The position numbers and the translations under genes are program-made. DNA of 64,000 nucleotides from Nitrospirota bacterium (GTDB lineage: Bacteria; Nitrospirota; Nitrospiria; 2-01-FULL-66-17). Below are positions 42,741 through 49,678 of the stretch, piece after piece. The DNA lies in contig JBMOMC010000045.1 of the NCBI GenBank assembly GCA_049325335.1, forward strand, positions 154,898 to 218,897, read 5' to 3'. The notes beneath the pieces are model-generated. The model had not been told where the DNA came from. It did no database searches and saw nothing but the letters and a program-made list of their open reading frames with translations. Within the stretch, counting starts at the first letter, position 1, and each line of letters opens with the position of its first letter.

Positions 42741-42892
42741 TGCGGTACCAGGATCGTGTCCGAGTCGTCGAGTGCCGGAGCCCGTTCAGGGAAGGCCAGA
42801 TGCAAGGCGGAGGGAGAGCCTTGCGCGCGGAGCGTACTGGGTCGTACGCGAGCACGCAAGGCCGACCGACAACGTCGCAGATGGCCTTTCAT
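42737..42892 (-). CDS. 51-aa ORF bridging cobT and cobS, mostly encoded by a repeat element
   Basis: ATG overlaps the cobT TGA and its TGA overlaps the cobS ATG; MKGHLRRCRSALRARVRPSTLRAQGSPSALHLAFPERAPALDDSDTILVPQ*. Confidence 0.4.
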   Translation of the reverse strand: MKGHLRRCRSALRARVRPSTLRAQGSPSALHLAFPERAPALDDSDTILVPQ

Positions 42893-42900
42893 GGACGGGC
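42780..42900. mobile_element. ~121-bp MITE-like palindromic element
   Basis: Terminal IRs GCCCGTTCAGGGAAGGCCA / TGGCCTTTCATGGACGGGC (16/19); internal hairpin GCCTTGCG..GCGTAC/GTACGC..CGCAAGGC. Confidence 0.7.
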
Positions 42901-43947
42901 GACCCGCTCCGAGACCCCGGCCTCGCCAAACGTCGCCATCTCGTTGAGGATCTTCACCGCCGCGTCGAGCAGCCCGATGGCCAGGGCCGCGCCGGTGCCC
43001 TCGCCCAGGCGGAGGCCCAGATCCAAGACCGGACTCAGACCCAGTCGATCCAGCGCCAGGCGATGCCCCGGTTCGACCGATTGGTGCGACGCCAGGAGAT
43101 AGCCGTCTAGCGAGGGTTCCAGGCCCGTAGCGATTAGCGCCGCGGCCCCCGAAATAAAGCCGTCGAGCACCACCGGCACGCGCCGGTTCGACGCGCCGAG
43201 CATCATCCCGACCAGCGCCGCAATCTCCAGGCCGCCGAGCTTCGTCAAGACGTCCATGGGATCGCTCGCGTCCGGCCGGTTGACGGCGATCGCACGCTCG
43301 ATCACCGAGACCTTCCGGACCCAGACCGCGTCGTCGATCCCGGTGCCGCGGCCGGTCACGTCCCGCGGGGCCGCGCCGGTCATCACCGCCGTGATCGCGC
43401 TGCTGGGCGTGGTGTTGCCGATCCCCATCTCGCCCGCACCGATCACGTCCACGCCCGACGCCGCCAGCTCCCCCGCCAATTCCACGCCCACGCTCACCGC
43501 GGCCGCGGCCTCCTCGCGCGTCATCGCGGGCCCGACCGCCAGATTGGCCGTGCCGGGGCGGACCTTGCGCCGGCGCAAGCCGTCGAGGTCCGGAAACGCG
43601 TGCGTCACACCCACGTCCACCACGACCACGTCCGCGCCGACGTGCCGCGCGAGCACGTTGATGCCCGCGCCGCCGCGCAGGAAGTTGTAGACCATCTGCG
43701 CGGTCACGTCGGATGGATATGCGCTCACGCCTTCGACCGTCACGCCGTGGTCCCCCGCGAAAACCGCGACGGTCTTGCGCCGCAGCACGGGTGCGGCGGT
43801 CCCGCGCGCCGCGCCGTACCAGCGCGCCAACTCTTCGAGGCGGCCCAGGCTGCCGAGCGGCTTGGTCAGCCGATCCAACCGCGCCTGCAACGCGTCCGCC
43901 ACCATGGGATCGGCAGCGATTCTCTCGGTGACAATGCGTGATGTCAT
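42889..43947 (-). CDS. cobT: Nicotinate-nucleotide:DMB phosphoribosyltransferase
   Basis: LTKPLGSLGRLE, AGDHGV, GEMGIGNTT, LRLGEGTGA. Confidence 0.96.
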   Translation of the reverse strand: MTSRIVTERIAADPMVADALQARLDRLTKPLGSLGRLEELARWYGAARGTAAPVLRRKTVAVFAGDHGVTVEGVSAYPSDVTAQMVYNFLRGGAGINVLARHVGADVVVVDVGVTHAFPDLDGLRRRKVRPGTANLAVGPAMTREEAAAAVSVGVELAGELAASGVDVIGAGEMGIGNTTPSSAITAVMTGAAPRDVTGRGTGIDDAVWVRKVSVIERAIAVNRPDASDPMDVLTKLGGLEIAALVGMMLGASNRRVPVVLDGFISGAAALIATGLEPSLDGYLLASHQSVEPGHRLALDRLGLSPVLDLGLRLGEGTGAALAIGLLDAAVKILNEMATFGEAGVSERVARP

Positions 43948-44498
43948 GACACTCCGATCGGTTTGAGCCGCCGCGCCAGCCCCGCGGTGACGAGATAGAC
44001 GTCGTTGACCGCCTCGGCCACGGCCTGATTGACGAGCCCCTGCCAATCCCGGAAGAGCCGCCCCAAGGGGGTGGAGGGGACGAGACCCATTCCGACTTCG
44101 TTGCTGACGACGATGACGCGGGCGCGCGACGCGGCGATCGACGCCGTCAGACGATCGAGGCGGCGGGCGATCCCGGCGTCGCCCTCTTCACACTCGAGCA
44201 AATTCGAGAGCCACAGCGTGAGGCAATCCGCCACGATCACGTCGTATTCGCGGGCTAAGGCGTCCACCCGCTCGCCTAGGTCCAGCGGCTCTTCGATCGT
44301 CTCCCACGAGGCGTCCCGGCGCTCGCGGTGCGCCAACACCCGTGCCGCCATCTCCGCGTCGCCGGGTTCGACCCGACAGGTGGCGACAAAGGCGCGGCGG
44401 CCCGGCGTCGCGCGGCCCAACTCCAGCGCCAAACGGCTCTTGCCGCTCCGCGTGCCGCCCAAGACCAGGGCCGTTCGTCCGATCGACGTCTCGCTCAC
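43944..44498 (-). CDS. cobU: Bifunctional adenosylcobinamide kinase/guanylyltransferase
   Basis: LGGTRSGKS, DCLTLWLSN, VSNEVGMGLVP. Confidence 0.95.
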   Translation of the reverse strand: MSETSIGRTALVLGGTRSGKSRLALELGRATPGRRAFVATCRVEPGDAEMAARVLAHRERRDASWETIEEPLDLGERVDALAREYDVIVADCLTLWLSNLLECEEGDAGIARRLDRLTASIAASRARVIVVSNEVGMGLVPSTPLGRLFRDWQGLVNQAVAEAVNDVYLVTAGLARRLKPIGVS

Positions 44499-45358
44499 GC
44501 CGTCCCCACGCCGAGGCCCCCGCTCACCAGGCGAAGCCGACGGATGGGGGCTTCGCGGCGCACCAGTTCGTCGATACGCTGCCGCACCCGCTCGCGATCG
44601 TAACCGCCCGGCGGAAGCAGGAGACCGATCAGGGATCCGCTGTGCGCGACGTTGACCCCGTATCCGCCCTCCTCCAGCGCGAGCCGCAGGAGGGGTTCGA
44701 GCGTGGGCTTTGGCAGGATGTTTTGATGGCACAATGCGCTGATCGTCGCGCCCTGGCCAATGGACGCGGCGTCGCCGTGCGCCAAACCGCGTCGCACCAG
44801 ATCGAACGCACGCAGGATCGACCCCGCCTGCTCGCGGGACACGGCCGCCGTGTCCCGTTCGTTGAACGCCAGCGTGTCCACCGGCCCGCCCACCTCGACC
44901 GCCACCAACTCGATGGGCGGCGGCGCTCCCCAGCGCTCCAGCACGCTCCCGCGCCGATGGTCGAAGAGCACGATGCCGTCGAACAGGACGCCGTCGGTGG
45001 GCTCCACCGCCAGCGCCGCACGCATGACGGCATTCACGTCCACCATTTCGCACCCCATCGCCAGCCAGAGGCCCATTGCCGCGCCGACGTCGGCCGTGCT
45101 GCTCGCCATCCCGATCCCGCGGGGGAGGTCCGACCTGATCGTCAGGCCCGCCAGAAACGCCGGCGATCCGCCCACGGCGGCGAGCGCCCGCCGCACTTTC
45201 TCCCCATGCCCGGCGCGGCGCGGCCCCGGTCGCCACGTCGCCCGCGCGTAGCGATCGACCGGACACGACACGTGTAGCCGCACGCCGTCAATGATTCCCT
45301 GGACGAGTTCGCCGCAACTGCCGGGCACACTCACCATCAAATCCCTTGTCAGACCCAT
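44495..45358 (-). CDS. pduX: L-threonine kinase (GHMP family)
   Basis: PGSCGELVQG, PRGIGMASSTAD, EPTDG, NVAHSGS. Confidence 0.88.
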   Translation of the reverse strand: MGLTRDLMVSVPGSCGELVQGIIDGVRLHVSCPVDRYARATWRPGPRRAGHGEKVRRALAAVGGSPAFLAGLTIRSDLPRGIGMASSTADVGAAMGLWLAMGCEMVDVNAVMRAALAVEPTDGVLFDGIVLFDHRRGSVLERWGAPPPIELVAVEVGGPVDTLAFNERDTAAVSREQAGSILRAFDLVRRGLAHGDAASIGQGATISALCHQNILPKPTLEPLLRLALEEGGYGVNVAHSGSLIGLLLPPGGYDRERVRQRIDELVRREAPIRRLRLVSGGLGVGTA

Positions 45359-46386
45359 ACCGGCTCCTTGACCGCCACCGCGAGCACCTCGACCAGCCGT
45401 CGATTGTCCGCTTCGGTGCGAATGGCGACTCGAATGTACGAGGGACCGAGGCCGTCAAAATCGGCGCAACTGCGAATCAGTACGCGATCCTCGATCAAGC
45501 GGTCGCGGAGGGCGTCGGCGTGCAGGCCGTCAGGCAGCCGGATCAGGATGAAATTGGCGCGCGACGCCAAGGGACGAAACCCGGTGAGCGCGCCGAGCCG
45601 CTCCGTCAGCCGCGCGCGCTCGCGACGAATCAACTCGGCGCCCGTGCGCGCGTGGCCGTCGCAATCGAGGAGCACCTGTCCCGCCGCCAACGCAAGCGCG
45701 TTGACCGCCCACGGCTCCTTCAACCGCTCCACCCGGGCCATGAGCGCGGGCGCGCCGACCGCGTAGCCCAGGCGCAGGCCCGGCACGGCGTAGGTCTTGG
45801 TGAACGAACGGAGGACGATGACGTTGTCGGGCAGAGGCACGGACAGGAGCGAGAAGGCCTCGGGCGCGTCGGAAAGATCGACGTAGGCTTCATCCACGAC
45901 GAAGAGCGTGGATGGCCGGGCCGCGGCGAGGGCGCGCACCGCATCGGCCTCGAGCGCCGTCCCCGTGGGATTATTGGGATTACACACGAACGCGAGCTCG
46001 CCGCGGGCACCCGCCGCGCGTCCGTCGGCAACCACGGCGCCGACCGCCTCGGCGGCCTCGGCGTAGTCGCGATAAGTCGGCGGGTCGACCAGCACGGTCC
46101 GGGGGCGGAACACGCGGGGCAGCAGGAAAATGAACTCGGTCGACCCGTTACCGATCAGGATGGAGTCGTCCGAGAGACCGTGTAGGCGGGCCAAGCCGCG
46201 CCGAAGCGCTCGGCATTCAATATCGGGGTACGCGGCGACGAGCGGGAACGTCGCCTGGAGAATTGCGTCAACTACCGGCGGGGGACCCAGCGGGTTGAGG
46301 CTGGCGCTGAAATCGCAGACGGTGGCCGGGTCCCATCCGTACCGCGCTCGAATCGCTTCAAGATTGCCTCCGTGCCCGGTGTACAT
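45349..46386 (-). CDS. cobD: L-threonine-O-3-phosphate decarboxylase
   Basis: HGGN, DFSASLNPLG, CNPNNPTG, VDEAY, RSFTK..VPGLRLGY. Confidence 0.92.
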   Translation of the reverse strand: MYTGHGGNLEAIRARYGWDPATVCDFSASLNPLGPPPVVDAILQATFPLVAAYPDIECRALRRGLARLHGLSDDSILIGNGSTEFIFLLPRVFRPRTVLVDPPTYRDYAEAAEAVGAVVADGRAAGARGELAFVCNPNNPTGTALEADAVRALAAARPSTLFVVDEAYVDLSDAPEAFSLLSVPLPDNVIVLRSFTKTYAVPGLRLGYAVGAPALMARVERLKEPWAVNALALAAGQVLLDCDGHARTGAELIRRERARLTERLGALTGFRPLASRANFILIRLPDGLHADALRDRLIEDRVLIRSCADFDGLGPSYIRVAIRTEADNRRLVEVLAVAVKEPVWV

Positions 46387-46425
46387 CGCGCTCCCCTCGC
46401 ATGATCCGCGTCGGGGAGGCGGCAC

Positions 46426-46461
46426 AAAAAATCCTCAACACCCGACACGGGTATTGAGGAT
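46426..46461 (-). terminator. Intrinsic terminator in the riboswitch expression platform
   Basis: Minus strand ATCCTCAATACCCG-TGT-CGGGTGTTGAGGAT followed by a U-run. Confidence 0.85.
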
Positions 46462-46539
46462 GGCACCCTGCTTCTTAATCCTCAAACGATCTCGTCACCA
46501 CGCATCAGCCCAGATCCGGGGCGTGTGGGACCGCGCTTG

Positions 46540-46722
46540 GGGCAGGTCTTCTGACTCACGGATCACCCTACTCCCCCGGCCTTCCCGCTCCATCGAGCAG
46601 TGGCCTGATCGGATCGCCTTCGCGACCCTAGGGGTTTCGTCCCCGTTCACAGCGGCGGGACCGTCCCGGATTTTGACCGGGTTCCCTTTTGAGTCCCCCT
46701 CAGGGGACACCCTAAGCAGGAG
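46540..46722 (-). ncRNA. Cobalamin riboswitch
   Basis: Minus strand AAAAGGGAACCCGGTCAAAATCCGGGACGGTCCCGCCGCTGTGA...GCCACTG...GGGAAGGC...GAGTCAGAAGACCTGCC (B12 box). Confidence 0.95.
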
Positions 46723-46724
46723 CG

Positions 46725-46754
46725 ACCATACTCCTAAGAGCGAACGCGCGTCAA
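46725..46754 (-). promoter_or_regulatory. Putative promoter of the cob operon
   Basis: TTGACG, 18 nt, TATGGT immediately 5' of the riboswitch. Confidence 0.55.
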
Positions 46755-46892
46755 GCCAATTCGGTCCACCGGACATCTTGACGTGCTAATAACAGCCCCA
46801 ATTTACAGCCCCCCCCAATTTAGCTCTCCGACGTGGCGAACATTACTGCACGTTGTTGCTCGCGCGGGCCCGGCTCGTCTGTCGGTATTTTC

Positions 46893-46911
46893 TGCTACCA
46901 CTTTGCTACCA
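46893..46911. repeat. Tandem TGCTACCA repeat, putative integrase arm site (right)
   Basis: TGCTACCACTTTGCTACCA. Confidence 0.6.
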
Positions 46912-47014
46912 AACCATCCAAGATTGGGCCTATCAGGCAAACATGGCATTACTCAGCTTCGTCGATTTTACCAGGTGTTGGCTCGTCGTCGTTCGGCTCA
47001 GGTTGTCCTTATTC

Positions 47015-47062
47015 TTCGCAATCAGCAGGTCACCGGTTCGACCCCGGTACCCTCCACCATTT
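47015..47062 (+). repeat. attR: copy of the tRNA-Ala 3' half
   Basis: TTCGCAATCAGCAGGTCACCGGTTCGACCCCGGTACCCTCCACCATTT, 47/48 identical to 28085-28132. Confidence 0.92.
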
Positions 47063-47098
47063 CAAAGACTTAGAAGCCTGATGACCTGCTGTATACAC

Positions 47099-47130
47099 TC
47101 AGCAGATCACCGGTTTGATCTCCGTGACCT
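47099..47130 (+). repeat. Degenerate third copy of the tRNA-Ala 3' end
   Basis: TCAGCAGATCACCGGTTTGATCTCCGTGACCT, 26/32 identical to the tRNA segment. Confidence 0.65.
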
Positions 47131-47564
47131 GCCTTGTGATTTCCAACACTTCTGTGCGCCTACGACGGAACATGCGGCGATGTATTGAAATTGTGCCACG
47201 GCCTTCGTGGATCGAGAAACCCACCCGCCTCGTAAGCTTTCCGGAAAGTGATGCGACGCTGTCGCGGATTTGCGATCAGCCACCGAGCGGCTCCTAGGCG
47301 CCTGCTCTGAGGAAGATGTCTCGCGGACGCCGGTACTCGCATCGCTCAGGAGGAGCCTGCAGTACCTGCCCGCGCAGACATCGCACCACTCACCCTAACA
47401 CGGCGAACTCCCCCGTCCGCCGTCAGGAAGGTCTCAGCCGAACCCAATGCCCCTCGGTGGCTCCCCCTTTCGGGACGTCCGCCAAGAGCCGTCTCGACGT
47501 TTCACAAAACGATTGAAGCCTCGACGCCACAGCCCAGAACCAGTCGCACTGGGTGGTCGCCGGT

Positions 47565-48848
47565 CTAAAAGCTGTACCGCGCCTCAACGAACGGCCCGCG
47601 ATTCGTTTTGAGCCGACCGAAGAAGGACTCGTTGGGGCCGGTGTAGAGTTCGCCACCGAGCGTCCCTTTGAGGTGGTCGGTGAATGCATACGTGATGACG
47701 GGACGGACGTACGTATTGGTCCGGCGGAAGTTCACGAAGACCAGCACTTCCGCTTCAAGCGTGTCGTTGAACCACTTGTCGCTCACGCGGGAGGACAGAC
47801 CATAGGTCGCGCGATCCTGGTGGACGTCCAGGATCGCGTTTTGGACCGCGACGGCACGTCCGGCCGGGTCGCCGATCGCCGTGGGATCATGATAGCGATG
47901 GACCCACCGCCCCACGAGTTGGAGATTGATGTTGACGTTCTCTCCCAGCGTCCGATCCCCGCCGATGACCCAGAAGGCAAAGGGATTCTTGATCGTGGGA
48001 TCGTCTCCTCGCCGGTCGTGTGTGAAGACATAAGCGGCTTCGGCCCGCAACCCGTACCGCCCCAGGTTGCGCGCCGCGTCCGCGCCGATCACGTCGATAC
48101 GGTTGTGGCGGAGCGCGATGAGGGGCCCCCCAGCCGCACCATTGACGAGGTACGCATCCGGCAACAGATCGAACCCGTGATAATAGCTCACGGACCAATC
48201 TCCGCCTTCGCCGGCCCGATTCAGCTTGACGCCCACTTCCGTGTTCTTGAAGGTCCGAGATGGGATCTCCTCGATGAGGCCGTCGCCGAGCGGAATACGG
48301 TGCGGCTCAAAAAAGGGCGTCGTGAAGAGGGTCAGCGTGAGTTCCGGCGTCAGGTAGCCGTCAACTTTGAGCGCGGGGACCCCGAACCGCTGGTCGTCCT
48401 CGAACGGCAACAACACGACGAAGTCGCGTGGCGTCAGGTTATCCGTGGGATTGATCCCGTCCGCCCGCCCCCATGCCACGATCTGCCGGCCGATCCGAAC
48501 GTCGATGCGTGCGAAACGCGCCGTCAGGTACGCCTCGCGGAGCAACTCCGCTGTCTCGGTCCCGGTTCCGACGTCGGGGTTGGTCACCCGCGCATCAATG
48601 CGCCCATCCAGGCGCTGGTTGACGGTTGGTCGGAGCGTGAGCTGGGTCGTCGCTCCGAGGAAGTCGGTTTGATCATCGAGGGCCTTGGACGAGTGGTAGT
48701 AGTCCAGACGAACCGTCCCGGTCAGCCCTTGGTCACGGAGGAGGGACCACACCCGACTGCTCTCGCTCCCCTCGTCGGCACGACCGAAAACGGGGGCGAC
48801 GAACACCAGCATGAGCGCCGTCGTCACGAGCGACGCTCGCGCGTTCAT
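47565..48848 (-). CDS. Outer-membrane beta-barrel protein (DUF1302-like)
   Basis: Signal peptide, LREAY, RIGRQIVAWGRADG.NPTD, C-terminal YSF. Confidence 0.8.
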   Translation of the reverse strand: MNARASLVTTALMLVFVAPVFGRADEGSESSRVWSLLRDQGLTGTVRLDYYHSSKALDDQTDFLGATTQLTLRPTVNQRLDGRIDARVTNPDVGTGTETAELLREAYLTARFARIDVRIGRQIVAWGRADGINPTDNLTPRDFVVLLPFEDDQRFGVPALKVDGYLTPELTLTLFTTPFFEPHRIPLGDGLIEEIPSRTFKNTEVGVKLNRAGEGGDWSVSYYHGFDLLPDAYLVNGAAGGPLIALRHNRIDVIGADAARNLGRYGLRAEAAYVFTHDRRGDDPTIKNPFAFWVIGGDRTLGENVNINLQLVGRWVHRYHDPTAIGDPAGRAVAVQNAILDVHQDRATYGLSSRVSDKWFNDTLEAEVLVFVNFRRTNTYVRPVITYAFTDHLKGTLGGELYTGPNESFFGRLKTNRGPFVEARYSF

Positions 48849-49678
48849 TCGCGCTCGATCGAACGAGTGGTGAAGAACTCGTCGGGGACTGGCTTGCCAA
48901 CCTCGACCCGGTCGAACGTGAAGATCGTCTTGTGGTCGGTCTGGTGGTTCTCCATCTCGCGGCGCCTCGCGATCCAGCGCTCCGGCGACGACTCCACCTG
49001 TTCGTGACCGCTGACGATCTCGGTCTTGAGGGGGCGCCCCGCGGTATCGAGAAACGTCACCTTGGTCTCGAGAAAGTTATCTTTGCGGACCCACGTCGTC
49101 TTCTTGCCGTAGCCGCTGTCGCGCTTGACCGTCTCGTTCCTCGGGATGGACTCGATCACGTAGCAGTCGTACCCATCGACGACCTCGGATCGGATCAGCG
49201 TGTGTTGGTAGAGATCGACCTTCGGCAGCAGGATGTCGCCGTACGAGAAGTCCGATCCCACGAAGCTGTCCTTCTTGTTGTTGGCGACGAGGCGTCGGCT
49301 CTTCTTGAGCGCGGGGAGGTAGATCCAGAGGTCATCGTCGCCGTCCGAATGCTCGATTTGCAGAAAGGCCGTCCCCTTGATGTCGGTCGGCAGAAGAAAT
49401 GTCACGAGGAGCTTGGAGTCCACCCCGTTGGGCTGGAGCTTCGAGATCGTCGTGGACTTCCGTTCGCGGCGCTGGCCCTTGTCGTTGATCAAGACCATCG
49501 TCGCATCGCTCGTCAGCGTCTTGGTCTTCGTCACGAAGAAGTTCTTCTCCATGATCTCGCGCGCGGTCGGTTCGGCCAAGGCGTGCCCGGACCAGGTGGC
49601 GATGAACGAAACAACCCACACGACCATGAAGGCAACGCCCCTGACGTTGGATTCCGGTCCCTGTGTTCTACTCGTCAT
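48845..49678 (-). CDS. Outer-membrane lipoprotein-sorting (LolA-like) protein
   Basis: P.DIKGTAFL, DDLWIYLPALKKSRR, SFVGSDFSYGD. Confidence 0.88.
   Translation of the reverse strand: MTSRTQGPESNVRGVAFMVVWVVSFIATWSGHALAEPTAREIMEKNFFVTKTKTLTSDATMVLINDKGQRRERKSTTISKLQPNGVDSKLLVTFLLPTDIKGTAFLQIEHSDGDDDLWIYLPALKKSRRLVANNKKDSFVGSDFSYGDILLPKVDLYQHTLIRSEVVDGYDCYVIESIPRNETVKRDSGYGKKTTWVRKDNFLETKVTFLDTAGRPLKTEIVSGHEQVESSPERWIARRREMENHQTDHKTIFTFDRVEVGKPVPDEFFTTRSIERE

Larger units (their letters stand above)
28085..47062. mobile_element. tRNA-Ala-integrated genomic island carrying the cobalamin operon; no integrase visible
   Basis: 48-bp direct repeat (one mismatch) at 28085-28132 and 47015-47062; tandem GCTACCA motifs inside both ends. 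Confidence 0.85.

Noticed and set aside
46790..46825. Tandem ACAGCCCC..AATTT repeat near the island right end
   Set aside because: Two short imperfect copies with no counterpart at the left end; no function assignable.
47015..47062. Second tRNA gene
   Set aside because: Only the 3' half is present, with no 5' acceptor strand or D-arm; it is an att repeat.
47400..47560. Possible structured RNA or riboswitch downstream of the OM barrel gene
   Set aside because: Short hairpins only; no family consensus recognised. An Infernal/Rfam scan would be needed.
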